Source: Octopus vulgaris (Eukaryota). From it: 64,000 nt of DNA. Below, piece by piece: positions 15,990-30,925 of this stretch. How positions within the stretch are numbered: position 1 is the first letter of the stretch; each line of letters starts with the position of its first letter. The DNA lies in NCBI GenBank assembly GCA_951406725.2, contig OX597818.1, positions 81,778,001 to 81,842,000 of the forward strand, given 5' to 3'. The notes beneath the pieces were generated by a model that was given only the letters and a program-made list of their open reading frames with translations, ran no database searches and was not told the origin of the DNA. The position numbers and the translations under genes are program-made.

Positions 15990-16765
15990 TCATTTATGGT
16001 AACATTAGGTGTATGCCAATAAAGCTCATATTTCATTATGCCAGCTACTGTCTAATGATTACTGACTAGTGGGTTAGTTTTTCCGTGTTTTGAAGAAAAG
16101 ACTAGTATTAATTTGAAGGGAAAATGTGGGGTGAAAGCCATAAAATACAAATGCTTCCTACAGCTAGAGGCATGAGGACCATACATGGGATCGTTCTTGT
16201 TAACGAGAGGGAAACAACATGTATTCTGCTCCAGAGCACGCTATGCAACCGGATCTAGTAAATAACCTGTTCCCCTCAGAAGTGTGCTGAAAGTTCCAGC
16301 GAGAGAATGGTGGGGGTAAATTCCCCTTGGTGTGGATCCCTATTGTCATAAAGAGTTAGAAGTTCTAGGTTCTAGTTTCCCTTTAAGCTTAGTATCGGAG
16401 ATACAGGAAATTTTCTTGGTGAAACCACAATTGCGGAGGACTTGGTTACAATTAGGATTATCCTTATTGTAACCAGGTCTTCATTGACGGATAGGTTAGA
16501 AATCCTGTTGAGAATACCTTCAATTATGCTATTTAAGACAAATCTAGGATGGTTAGAATGGACATTGCTGAATTTTAAGACACGTTGTGTTTATCGTAAG
16601 AGTAGAAGTGGCTAGATGCTAAATCGAGAGTAACATCTGAGAAGCTGGCAGTATTAGCTCTATTTTGAAAGGAGATAGGCCAGATATTTTTTTGCAGAAC
16701 TTGTGGAGGGCTTCCTGATACGCCTTGATGTTATAGCTGTTACGCACCATCTCATATAAACATAT
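15990..16765 (-). pseudogene. Degenerate Naiad-like Penelope RT/thumb fragment
   Basis: Minus-strand translation gives FSDVTLDL, NVHSNHPRFVLNSIIEGILNRISNLSVNED and PPPFS, matching NFLDVTLDL...SNHP...RIS.LS...WFNPPFS. Confidence 0.7.
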
Positions 16766-16795
16766 GAATACATGCGAATGTACATACATACATAC

Positions 16796-16832
<37 letters not shown>

Positions 16833-16835
<3 letters not shown>

Positions 16836-17144
16836 ATAAAACAGTAAGATAACAAAAGAAAGAAAGAGACCTCAATATTATGTAAATAGAGGAAATTTAT
16901 CTATACAATATGTTACATTACTCGGTAGTCAAGATAAAACTCTGAGTTTCAGATGCCGAAGGGAAATCCACAACACCATCTCTTCGGTTATCTGGCTATT
17001 TGAAAACGTTATGAAAAAATACGGTATTTTTTCATAACGTTTTCAAATAGCCAGATAACCGAAGAGATGGTGTTGTGGATTTCCCCTTCGGCATCTGAAA
17101 CTCAGAGTTTTATTTTGACTACCGAGTAATGTAACATATTGTAT

Positions 17145-17149
<5 letters not shown>
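16833..17149. mobile_element. Fold-back pLTR-like insertion in a TA tract (125-bp arms), with an HHR-like motif in each arm
   Basis: 16898-17022 is the reverse complement of 17024-17149 (1 mismatch, 1 indel); motif AGATAA-CCGAAGA-GATG..CATCT-GAAA-CTCAGAG-TT-TTAT(C/T)T at 17053-17115 (+) and 16932-16993 (-). Confidence 0.85.
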
Positions 17150-17195
<46 letters not shown>

Positions 17196-17340
17196 TACAT
17201 TTATATATATATACATATATATGTATATATACATATATATAAACATATGTATATTATATATATATATATATATGCATAATATATACATACATAGATATAT
17301 ATATATATTATATCACATATATATATATATATATATATAT

Positions 17341-17632
17341 CACTGTCACCGTGACCGACCAGGCTATCAGATGTTGCTACACATCGCTGGTCACAATGCG
17401 CATCGCATTGTTTTAGCCTTGAAATGACGCCACCCCGCTGGCTAAGCGAGCAGGCCAACAGAAGAATGAGTGAGAGAAAGTTGTGACGAAAGAGTACAGC
17501 AGGGATCCCCCCCCCCTGCCGGACCCTCGTGGAGCTTTAGGTGTTTTCGCTCAATAAACACTCACAATGCCCGGTCTGGGAATCGAAACCGCGATCCTAC
17601 GATCGCGAGTCCGCTGCCCTAACCACTGGGCC
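17341..17632 (-). mobile_element. tRNA-derived SINE with the same head/body as 5105-5407 but a different tail
   Basis: GGCCCAGTGGTTAGGG..GGTTTCGATTCC head; shared GAGTGAGAGAAAGTTGT body. Confidence 0.85.
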
Positions 17633-18312
17633 TTACATATATGTATGTATTTATTCATATTTCATTTACTATAAAGCATGATTTACCAGTGATACAATTC
17701 ACACCACACGCAAACACGCACACAAAGAAACAAACATGTTCACACTCACACATACACGCACATACACGCATACACACATATATGAGTATAAAAATAAACA
17801 CATTCAAAACAAGCCAAAATATAGAAAAACCCAACCCATTTCCTCGCATCCCTTCCGTTGCAGATTAAATAACAACAATACAAACGAGAGGGAAATATAT
17901 ACAGCATCTGACGTTGGCATTCTCCACGCCAAGAAATGACGTCTCTGGACTCCAGCCTTGTCAACTGTCTTTGTCTTATTAAGTTACACAAACGTGATTG
18001 ATGGTACATCTCCGATTGATGAACTTCAGCCATAAATAATCGCCTCCTCTTCTCATTCCTCTCACTTATAAGATTTTCAAATAAGTAAAAAAAAAAAAAA
18101 AAAAAATAGAGAGAAAGGAAGGAAGAACGAACAAAAATAAAACCAAAAGCAGGAACAATAGAAAAATCCCCAAAATACACTTCAAAAAATCTTTGCGTTT
18201 TTTCGTTATTTTTAATTGTTAAGTATATATATGCGCGCGCGTGTATACAGTCTATGTGTGTATATTTATCTATCTACAATATATGTATATATATATGTAT
18301 ATATATATAGAC

Positions 18313-18350
<38 letters not shown>

Positions 18351-18899
18351 GTCTCTGTGTGTGTATATTTTCTATCTATAATATATATGTATGTATGTAT
18401 ATATGTATGTATGTATGTATATATATTCACATTTTATCTTCATCTCTGTTTCATCTACAAATACAACAACTACTACTACTACTACTACTACTACTACAAG
18501 AACAAGAACTACTACTCCTCTCCCTTTTTTCTTCGTATCCTCCTCTTCGTCTTCTTCTTCTTCGTCTTTTTCTTCTTCTACTTCTATCTACTTTTTCTTT
18601 CTTTTCTATTTCTATTCATCCTCTCCACCATCACCACCACTAACAAGCCAACCACTACCACGACGACGACAACTACGACGACAACCAGCACCAGCACCAG
18701 CACCAGCACCAGCACCAGCACCAGCACCACAACCACCACCACCATCTTCATTGCAAAGCATTGTTAGAAGATCGAACTTTCTGACTTTGCAACAGATTAC
18801 TGAGACATGCTGCCTTCAAATTAACCATTCATAGTTTCCTCGCCCATTTGCCTTATTTAATCAACATTACAATCTCTTTCCCAGACTAAATAAAGACAC

Positions 18900-19035
<136 letters not shown>

Positions 19036-19108
19036 TTATCAGTCTCTCTATCTCTTTATATTCACCCCACATACACACACATTCACACACATATATATTA
19101 TATTATTT

Positions 19109-19169
<61 letters not shown>

Positions 19170-19241
19170 ATGTATAATGTACGTATACTTGCCTCTGTTT
19201 ATGAATGTATATATGTAAGGATGCTTGCTTCTCTGTATGTA

Positions 19242-19280
<39 letters not shown>

Positions 19281-20032
19281 CAAGAGAGAGAGAGAGAGAA
19301 GGACAGATGGGGAGGGGATGGTGTGGGAGAGAAAGGTTGGGAGGGAAGAGAAGAGATGTACTAATCAATCTCTATGTTTCTCTTTGTGACTATGAACACA
19401 GTTGAAATAAGAAACGTATGATCTCATATCTCTCACTTCACTGACGAATGAACGCCTACCCTTCCCATTTAATTGATAGATACGCCAACAACGCTACACC
19501 ATCTCCCCTAGCAACGCTTCTACCACCACCACCACTAACACCACCACCGGGGTCGTTGCTGCCACCGCCACCAGCATTGTAATTAGAGGACACTGATGTG
19601 TTGATCTTAGTATTATTGCAATTCAAGTTGAGAGGTTTGTTACTTTCTGAGCTAGCATAGTATATGTGAACATGTCTATATGTCAAAGAGAGAGGGGGCG
19701 AGATATGTGAGAGAGAAGGAGAGAGATATGTGAGAGAGAGGGAGAGAGGGCAAGTAAGTGAGGAGGAGAGGGCAAGAGAGCTTAAAAGTGTGTGACAGTA
19801 AGTGTGCAAATATATGTGTTATTTTGTGTCTGTTTGTTTATGTGAGTATATATGTGTGTAGTTACCTATGTAGTAAAGACAGTGATATATCGAAGCGACT
19901 TTATACGACGCACATCTATATGTTCATACATAGATTCCAACGAACACAAACGACACCTCTACACTTATATGTGTACAGATCTGCACAAGCTTATAAAAAT
20001 AAAAACAGCCTTACATACATAACTATATGCAT

Positions 20033-20076
<44 letters not shown>

Positions 20077-20461
20077 ACATATATACATACATAATGATAT
20101 GCATACATACATATATACATACATATATACATATATACATACATAGTTACATGAATACATACATATATACATATATACATACATGCATACATAAACATAA
20201 ATACATACAATTATAGATGCACAATAACACTTCATTAAGTGTAAAATGAGAATATGTACACATATACATACTTACGTGCATACATAAATACATTATATGT
20301 ATACACGCGTATGTACATAGATACATGCGTATTTTCGTTTACGTAGGGATGTATCTATTTATGCATGTGTTCGAATAATTTGTGTATTTTTCTTGTATAA
20401 ATGTGTTTATCTGCATTATTCATATACCTCTATAAACATACATACATACATACAGTCTTAC

Positions 20462-20603
<142 letters not shown>

Positions 20604-20604
20604 C

Positions 20605-20635
<31 letters not shown>

Positions 20636-21701
20636 CGCATATGCATGTATGTATTTGTATATATATTTGCATGATTATATTTGGAGGTATACATGTATGC
20701 TAATTTTGTTTAAACGTCGCGTTTATGTTGTCTGCACATTTAAACCATGTTTTTACACACACACACATACACACGCACGCACGAAAACACACGCGTACAC
20801 ACTCACACGTTTGTGTATATGTTTGTGTTTGTATGCATGTGCGCGAAAACATATATGTATATAATTATATAGACGCATGTAGTTTATGTGCTTATATATG
20901 TGTGTCCGTGCCTGTGCGTGCGTGTCTACACGCACACACACTGACACACATATATATATATATACACATATGTATATGCATATATAAATGTATACACTCA
21001 TACTTCCACACAGACACACACGCACCCATACAAAATCTCTTAACAAAACAAAATACAATATAATTCGATTATTCAACATGGCGTATATAAGCGCCGTCGA
21101 TTTCAACGCCTTCGTTCACCAATTAATCCTCACTGGTGTGTCAATTGACAGTAAATGAAAGAGAGAACGAATCCATTATTTCACACCTGATTCCGCGATC
21201 AGATGCTTTTGCCTCTTCATGATCAAAGAGACCGCTTTATGTAATATACATAGGCAATAGATAGATTGATGTACTTCGTTAGGGATAGTTAGCTATGCTG
21301 CACTGGTGATGTGATTGATGCAAGATGATGTTCGCTGGCGCGTTTGGCTTCTCTATGTCGGTCGCATGTGTGTTTCACTGTGTGAGTGCAGTGTGTGTAA
21401 TTTTGTGTCGACGTCTATGATTTCCGCTCAGTGTGTGTATGTGTGTGTGTGTGTATGTGTGTGTGTTCGTATGTGTGTATGTATATGTGCTTGTGTGTGT
21501 GTGTGTGCGCGTGAGTTTGGCTCTGCGGTATGTTCGTGAATACAAGCGTAGTGTTAGAGACGTTGGTACTAAAGCGTATGGTGACTGTGTGTATCTTTAA
21601 ATTAGTATGTATATGTGTCAGCGTTTGAATTTTCTTACTTTCTCTATCTTCGCGCGTTACACACAGACACACACACATACATTTCTTTATATGTATATAC
21701 A

Positions 21702-21740
<39 letters not shown>

Positions 21741-21852
21741 GTGTATATACATAAATACATATATATATATGTATATATGTGATACTTACACGTGTATATA
21801 TGTGTGTGTATGTGTATATACATGTACTTGTATATAGATACATATACATATT

Positions 21853-21900
<48 letters not shown>

Positions 21901-22272
21901 CATATATATGTGTGTGTGAGGGAATTTCTGTGTATACATGTACCTGTATATACATACATATACATTCTATATGTAATATATATATGTATGACTGTATATG
22001 TGTATATATGTATGTATGAATGCATATATGTATATATGTATGCATGTATGTATATTTACTATTACTATCTAAATGCTCGAATATAAAATATAACGTACCT
22101 TGCCTTATTCACACGAATGTGTAAATATGAAAGCAAATAATATATGTTCCCGAGTTTATATACCTTCAGAGATAGTTTGCGTGAATGTATATCTTTCATT
22201 ATTTAGACACTTTTGCAGACTGTAAACACATTTAACTACTTACACACACTCACAGAGAGAGAGAGAGAGAGG

Positions 22273-22303
<31 letters not shown>

Positions 22304-22931
22304 TAATGTTGCATTGACAAATCTCTGTTGCAACAAATCTGTTTCTTTTCACGACTCGCCTAAATTTCGTGTTAACCAAAAAAAAAAAAAAAGAACAGCC
22401 GGGAGTTATTTTAACTTAGCATTTCAAATCATCCTTTAAAAATCCCCTTGTGCATTACACTTTCAAATTATTAATTCACATTATTCTCGCTTGAAATGTT
22501 ATGCAAATTCAGCAGTTCTATATACTATAACTAGCTACAAGCGTCTCATCTCTCTGTGGACAGAAAACATGTTAGACGATTATGCTGCGATATTAATAAA
22601 CGTGTGAAAGTAAACGGATCGAAGTACAACTGTGCCGTCCCATGTTTCAAAATTATTTACTTTTACAAAAAAAGCTGATTTCTGTGCCGTTTACTATAAC
22701 GAGCAGATGTCAGATTTGCGTAAAGGAACGTTGTGCACAGCACAGATCTTTCATTCATCTGTTTTCTCTTTTAGTTGTTTCGGTTATTAGACCACAGCCA
22801 TCCTGGGGCAGCGTCTGGAGGAATTTTAGTCGAATTAATCGATCCCAGCACTTATTTTCTTTGTTTTAATCCTGGCACATGTAGATGTAATTATATATTT
22901 ATATATCTATATCTATCGATCTATCTCTCTC

Positions 22932-22996
<65 letters not shown>

Positions 22997-23026
22997 ACAT
23001 GCATACATACATATATACGCACACAC

Positions 23027-23057
<31 letters not shown>

Positions 23058-23162
23058 AACACACACATATACATACATACATGAATACACACACACGTTT
23101 ACAAATTGTGCACATGCTTGTATTCATATTTTTATCTATGTATGATAGTTGACTACAACGTA

Positions 23163-24452
23163 CGAGGGGCGTTGAATAAGTAATGCCTCTGACCCACTTC
23201 CCATACCATAGCAGTAGAGCAACGAAACTTGGCATGGTTATTATTCTTTTTCTACATAGGAAGTACCAAGTGTTACGCATTTCTCCCATTGGTTGATACA
23301 GCTCTGAAGACCGTTTTTGTAGAAGACCCCAGCTTTGACCTCCAACCACGACGTGACTTCAGAAATCAATGCTGCATCATCTGGGAAACCCTTTCCTTTC
23401 AAAAACAACTTCATGGCTGTGAAGAGGTGAAAATCAGAGGGTGCAAGGTCAAGGGGGATGGGGGAGGAGTTCATAGCCGCACTCCTGCGCTTCTGATCTG
23501 GCGACAAGCGAGTTGTGGACCGGAGCGTTATCCTGCAGGACGAGGATGCATTTGCTGATCTTGCCCCGCTTCTTGATTTTGATAGCTTCTCTTAATTTCC
23601 TCAAAAGTGAAGCATAATAGGCTCCTGTAATTGGGGTACCCTTTGCCAGGAAATCTGTCATCACTACTCCGTCCTGATCCCACAAGACTGTGAGCATGAC
23701 CTTGCCAGCGGAGGGCTGCACCCTTGCCTTCTTTGGAGGAGGTGAGTCACGGTGCTTCCACTGCATTGACTGGGCTTTGGTCTCTGGATCATAGTGATGG
23801 ATCCAGGTTTCATCCTGTGTAATCAGTCTTTTGAAAAATTTTGACTCATCTTCTTGGCACATCTCCAAATTCAGCCTCGAGCACTCGATGCGTTCTTGCT
23901 TCTCGAAAGGTGTGAGCAGCCTGGGAATCCATCTGGCAGACACCTTTTGCATATGCAAATGGTCATGAATGATAGTTTTCACACACCCGGTACTGATCTT
24001 GACCTCATGGGCTACTTGGCGAATAGTTATGCGTCGATCTTCCAAAATGGCAGCCTCAACTTGACGGACAGATGGCTCATCAATGGCAGAAGTGGGGCGA
24101 CCAGATCTGGGAGCTGTTTCCACAGAGTTCCGACCATGTTTGAATTTACGATGCCAGCGTTTTACAAGGTCATATGATGGGGCATCATCACCATAAGTTA
24201 CTTTGATTTCATCAAAAGTCTCCCGTGGTGTTCGTCCTTTCAAATACAAAAACCGGATCACTGCTCGACACTCAACAGGCTCCATTTCACACTTGACTCA
24301 GTTCAAACACCTGTAAATCAGAAACCACAGTTAGTTCAGAGCTGTAATTTTCCACTTAATCTATAGAGATATGAATAAGTCCACATGCAAAATGTCAGCT
24401 GGATCAAACAGCTGCAAATAGGTCAGGGGTATTACTTATTGAACGTCCCTCG
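23163..24452 (-). mobile_element. Near-complete mariner transposon (about 1.29 kb, irritans-like) with TA TSD
   Basis: TIRs CGAGGGGCGTTGAATAAGTAATGCCTCTGACC and GGTCAGGGGTATTACTTATTGAACGTCCCTCG; TA at 23161-62 and 24453-54. Confidence 0.95.
23241..24285 (-). pseudogene. Mariner DD34D transposase with one frameshift
   Basis: HTH N-terminus, WIPRLL, TQDETW, QDNAPVH; frameshift at about 23455 in HPP/(YSP)DLAPSDFHLF joining ORFs 23449..24285 and 23241..23507. Confidence 0.93.
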
Positions 24453-25289
24453 TATGAAGGAGCGTATTTAGAAAAAAAATAAGGGAGACAAAGAAAGAAA
24501 GCATTAAAAATAATTTTTTAAAAATGAAAGTAACAGCTTCTATTTGCGATGGATGCGTGAATGTAATTTGTGGCCAGGTGTGGATTTTGCTACGAACTCA
24601 CACTGATGTATTTGATTTTACCTGAGAATTGGGCAATTGTTTTCAGTTGATTGCAGGATATAATTCTTTTATTGTTCTGTTTCTGCAACTCAAATTGTTT
24701 GGATGCATCGTGATGCATTTTACGCCATGCAGTTCGGTCTAGGCAATGATTTTCTTAGCAAGATGTGTCACATAGCAAGAATGACAGTTGCACACGTCTG
24801 TTTATTTATTTATTTATATAATTATATATTTATTTATTTGATGCGCATTATATGAGACTGAATATTTATACAAATCTAAACATAACTCATTTGAACAAAT
24901 ACACATGCACATGCCCATACGTATGCACGCACACACGCATCATACATGCATGGCCACGCACGCACGCACTCCTCACATTCTGGTTTTATGTGCTCCCTAT
25001 TCATCTCATATTTTACGTTCTCTGCTGTCCTCTCGCTTCCTTATGCTGTCTCTTTTCCACTTCCCTCATTTCTCCCTTTCTGATATACGTTTTGTTTTTC
25101 AATTCTCCCCAACTCATTCTCTTTCTATCAGTCATTTTATCACCCTCTTGCCACTTATACTCTTATCGTGATCCCAATTGTGATTCTAATTCCGTTCCTT
25201 TTATCTTAATCGACAAGTTCTCTTTTACAAAAGTTCTACATGTTAACACGTCTTAAAATTTGCACCGTACATCTATTTTTCATTATACA

Positions 25290-26362
25290 GTTATTTAGTT
25301 TTCGTTTATGGATATAAAGTACGACACGAAATGTTAGATTTTCTTGTCGCTTTCTTGACATATTTATCTTTATTATAAATTTCTTTTTTTTTTTTTCATT
25401 TTTTGTTTTATTTCTACGTCCTTTGGTAGCATGCTTTCGTCTGACTTAATATATTATTTGTTTGTTCGACTCCGCTGTAACTCAATATGTTTCCAATTAT
25501 TTGTGGAATTTCTTATTTATTGGTTGCCTAAATCCTAAATTTTGTCAACACCGGCGTAGACGAAAGAACTTACACAACGATATTTACGTAAATTTTAGGA
25601 CCAAAATTAAATACCTATAATAACGCTGTTGATGGATTAATACGAAACAAGCAAATAACGTACCCGTACCTCGCATCCTAGCGGTGCAACATAAGAGATT
25701 GGAAGAATATATACCAAATTTAAAACTAAGCAATGGGGTGTTAAAATGTCATTGTACTGCCCTAACGTCGACGTATTCCAATGGCAAACGAAGACAATGA
25801 ACGTTTGATCGCATATATATAAGTTTAAATCTAATCATCCCAACATAAATTTTATAAGTGGCGACGGATACGATGAACCAAAAGTTGATGCTAACAAGGA
25901 AATATTCTTTTACATGACAATTTTATCTCTTATGTCAATATTCCCATATTCGTCTCTTGCGTACTGCAAACTGCAGCAAAGATTTCATAACGGGTAATGA
26001 GAATAAGGCTATTCATGAAACGTTAATAGATCAGGCGAATTTTCGTAATCAAAAAAGGTTAATAAGAAAGCAACAAAACATTAAATGTCCTCCAAAATGG
26101 AGCATAAATTCGAAAGCATTGTATCTTCAATGTACATTCAGGTATTTGTGTGTGTGTATATATATATATATATGCAGATATATATATGTGTGTGTGTGTT
26201 TGTTTCTCTTTTTCATTGATAAAATTAATTAGTTTTCCTTTATGAATATAGTGTACGACGCGAAATCTTAGATTTTCTCGTGGCTTTCCTGACATCTTTA
26301 TCTTTATTGTAAATTTCCTTTACATTTTTAAAACTTTATTTCTACCCTCTTCGGTAGCATAT
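25290..26362 (+). mobile_element. Highly degenerate PLE relic bracketed by diverged direct repeats (pLTR-like)
   Basis: About 25310-25432 resembles 26245-26362 (TACGAC.CGAAAT.TTAGATTTTCT...GGTAGCAT); inside, YVDD-like GTCGACG near 25767 and LN..HPNINF near 25825-25855. Confidence 0.45.
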
Positions 26363-26597
26363 TTTCCTATATGTATACGTTTTTGTGTGTGCTATGTAAG
26401 TATGATTTTCTTTTTTCGTATGGATCCATATCAGAATTTAACTGACTGCGTATTTTCTGCTCAGCGTGCTCTATGACAAGCATACAAGCCGATTGCAAGG
26501 GAAATTTGAAATTTTCTGCTATCTTGACGCCGTACCCTTCGCAGTACTACAAATAAATATACCGCAAACACAACGTCATATGTAAATATAACTGCAA

Positions 26598-26656
<59 letters not shown>

Positions 26657-26802
26657 AATGTCTGTATATATACATAAATGCATGTAAATATATATATATA
26701 AATGTATATATATATACATATATAATTATATATATACACAGATATATGTAAATCTATATATATGTATAAATATATAAATATATATATATATATTTATAAA
26801 TA

Positions 26803-26836
<34 letters not shown>

Positions 26837-27021
26837 TAAATATATATACATATACATATCTATATATATATATACACACATGTATATATATGCACACATA
26901 TATATTTATATATATAATCTATACATAAGTACAAATATATACGCTCTCACACATACATAAATAGATACGTACACACATAAGCACACACACATATATATAT
27001 ATATACATATACGTAGATACG

Positions 27022-27053
<32 letters not shown>

Positions 27054-27070
27054 CATGCAGACACACAAAC

Positions 27071-27101
<31 letters not shown>

Positions 27102-27167
27102 CGTAGATACGTATCTCTCTCGCTGTATATATATATAAATATATATATATTTATACATATATATAGT

Positions 27168-27223
<56 letters not shown>

Positions 27224-27651
27224 CATATATATATTTATGTATATATATATATATATATATATCTATATATATATATACATATATATACAGACACACACAC
27301 ACACATATATAATCACAACTTCCTTTTAGGGGAGTTTAAAAAAATAGAGAAATGAAGAAACAAAGAAAATGCAACCAAACATGGAAACACATACACAATA
27401 TAACAACATGGCGACGAAACTGAGAAGTTAAAAGTGAATGATGTAGAATTTTATTCAATGGCTTCTGTTTGCGTCTGAATGTGTAGATTTCAGCGGCAAA
27501 AGTAAGATGGTGGAGCTATATTTAGTCGCCACACACTTTTATCTGCTTCCCTAGCAATTCTCTTGCCAATCACGTTTTAGACAACTGTCAGAGCTGCATA
27601 CAAAGATGGAACGAGCTCTTTATTTTTCAAGAAAAATTCCTTAAAGCGACA

Positions 27652-27704
<53 letters not shown>

Positions 27705-28008
27705 CTATATGTATACAGAGATTTACAGCTATATATTTATAGCTATGTATATATATATGCATGTATATTTATATCTATATATACATATATTTATGTGTGC
27801 GTGTGTGTATGTAAATGTATGTGTGTGTGTGTGTGTGCCTATATATATATATATTGATGCAAAGAAGTTTAAAGTTATATATATATAAATATGTGTGTGT
27901 GTATATATATATGTATGTTTATAAGGGTGTATGTGTGTATTTTATAAATATACATATATATGTATTAAGTATGTATATATATATATATGTGTATAAATAA
28001 ATAAATAA

Positions 28009-28046
<38 letters not shown>

Positions 28047-28274
28047 ATGTGTGTCTGTGTGTGTGTTTGTGTGCTACTGCGTGTGTATATGGATATTGAC
28101 ATAAAACACTTGCGCACAAACGCTTTCATATATAAATGCACACATTCATATATGCAAATACATACGTATATCTAGAAATACATATATATGTATATATATA
28201 TATATATATATATAGGTACATGTACTATATATATATATGGATGTGTATATATATGTATATATATATATATATGG

Positions 28275-28311
<37 letters not shown>

Positions 28312-29036
28312 TAAATATACATGTATCATATATATACATATATCTGTGTGTTTGTGCGCTCGCGCTCTTGTAATTGTACTGCGGCACTTCTTCGCGACAT
28401 TACTGCCTTTGTTCTTGTGGCTTATTGTTGTACTAGTTGTTGTTGCTGTTATTGTTGTTACCACCTGTTGATATCTCCTATGCTATTACTGCTTTTCCTC
28501 TTCCTCATAATTTTGTCGCCGTCACTCTCCTCCTCATCCACGTTCCTCTTAATATGATCGTTGTTCTTTTAATCATTTTTATCACAAGTTTATCGCAGTC
28601 ACTGTATTTGTTCTTTGACTTTTTGTCGTTATTGCTCCTATTGTTGTTGTAGTACTTATTGTTGTTTCATTGCTATGCGCTTGCATTGATATTGTTTTTG
28701 TCATAGTTTTGTTCCCGTTGCTTTTATCGTAGCTGTTGTTTGTGTTGAATTTTTGCTTACCATTGATGTTTTGCATCAACTGCTAACTTACAGGCGTCAT
28801 TACTTTTTCTTGCTGCTTCTTCTACATCTTCCATTGTGCTGTATGTCCCTTTGGAGTTCGGTAAGCAGATACAACCACCAATTAATATCATCCCCTATCA
28901 TTTCCTCAAATTTCTTTCAAAGACAACCGGCATCAACTGAAAACATATGAATGACTTCAATCTGAATATAATGTATTAGAGTTGAATACAAGAGAGCTTG
29001 ATCATTACACGTGCGCGCGCACACACATACACACGT

Positions 29037-29168
29037 GTGTCCCTTTCTGTAGAAGAGCGTAGGCTCGAAACGTAAAATACTTTTTCTATCCCTGAGCGTT
29101 ATACTAATACATCTGTTTGTTTTGTACACCACCTGTTTCCGTCTTTTGTTTTTTTCGTAAAAACTCCC

Positions 29169-29170
<2 letters not shown>
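29037..29170 (+). mobile_element. Short pLTR-like repeat with a variant minimal HHR, ending in a TA tract
   Basis: TTT-CTGTAGA-AGAGCGTAGGCTC-GAAA-CG-TA-AAA; a near-identical copy lies at 44786-44918. Confidence 0.6.
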
Positions 29171-29211
<41 letters not shown>

Positions 29212-29299
29212 GTAGGAGTAGTAGTAACAGAAAAGAGGAATTTCGATTATCACTACGTGGTGAATTGTAATGTATATAAGAAATTAAAAAAGGAAAATA

Positions 29300-30925
29300 C
29301 GCACACTTACAGTCTTTTTACGGCCTTCCTAAAATGCACAAGAACAAGATAATCAATGAGGCCTGCAAACAACCACCAGGCAAATATATAAATATCCAAA
29401 CGCCAGAAGACTTGACTTTAAGACACATTGTAGCTAGGCCAGCCTGTGAAACCCACCGCCTAAGCAATTTTCTAGGCATCCTACTGAAATCCTTGCTGAA
29501 ACACATCAAAAGTTTCATTAGAGATGAATTTGACATGCTAGAATACCTACCAAAAACAATTAATGAAGAGGCAATATTGGTTACCCTCGATGTTATCAAT
29601 CTTTACACCAGCATCCCCCATGACTATGAAATAAAAGCAATTAAATTCTGGTTGGAAAAGCATCCCGAAGTCCTCCGGGAACGCATAAACTAGATCTTTA
29701 TTATTGAATCCTTAAAATTTATACTTCAGAACAATTATTTCCTATTTGATGACACATGCTATCGTCAGATGCGGAAATGTGATGGGGAGGAAAGCAGTTC
29801 CTTTTCTTTTGAACCTAATGATGGGTTATTTTAAATTCACCTTATATGAAGTATCAAATGATTACCCATTTTACCTCTGCATAAGAGGAACTTGGACGAG
29901 ATACCTAGATGACTGCTTTATCATTTGGAAGGAGAATATCGACAAACTTTTGGACTTCAAACCAACACTAAATGATATAAATAGTAACATTCAATTCACA
30001 ATGGAATATAACAAAGAACAACTTCCATTTTTAGACATCATGATAAAAAAAGTTAACAATCAATTCATAACTGACATTTATTATAAACCAACTGATTCAA
30101 AACAATATCTTCTCTTTAACTCATGCCACCCGAAACACATCAAAATAAACATCCCTTTCAATTTAACAAAAAGGATTTGCACAATAGTGTCTGATAGAAC
30201 AACTCGGCACCTTCGTCTTCAAGACATGAAAACAACGCTTATTGAAAGATAATATCCATCCTCACTTATCGACGAGGGAATTAAACGTGCTAAACAATTA
30301 GACACAAATAACTAAGAACAACAAAACATAACACCATACCTCAACTCAAAACATTACTATTTATATCAACACACAACCCCAGAAACAGTGAGGCATTCAA
30401 CACTATTGTGCAAACTCTTCATTTACCAACTAGAGATCCTAGAATGAACGACATCCTGAAAACGCACAAACTTATCAAATGCAAAAAACAAGACAAATCG
30501 CTAAAGAGACTACTAACAAATGCGAAGCTTTACAAAACAACCACGAAATCAGCGGTTGAAAATGTGGCCGCCCAAACTGTGGAACCTGCCCCAACCAGTT
30601 TGAAGGCTCGGATTTCCTTTTCAAACAAGGACAGAGGTTTACAATTAAAACTAGTTTCACTTGTGCCTCTGAGAACCTAATTTATGTAATAACCTGCTCG
30701 GGTTGCGGACACCACTACATTAGACAAACGTGTATGACCTTGAGAAAGAGAACCACTCTACGTAAAGAGCAAATCCGTTTCCCGCAATACGGACAAATTT
30801 CTCTCAGTGAACATATAGAAAAATGTGCAGATAACATCAAGCCAAATTTCAGCCTTCCCTTTCTACCAGTGCAAAGACACGAATAACCAACTTTTATGAA
30901 AAATACCATAATCTAACATGTACAC
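29300..30925 (+). mobile_element. Degenerate Neptune-like Penelope element (RT, Cys linker, GIY-YIG)
   Basis: FYGLPKMHK, LDVINLYTSIPH, WTRYLDDCFIIW, DIYYKPTDSKQYL..SCHP.H, CGRPNCGTCP linker and NLIYVITCSGCGHHYI; several stops and frameshifts. Confidence 0.92.
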
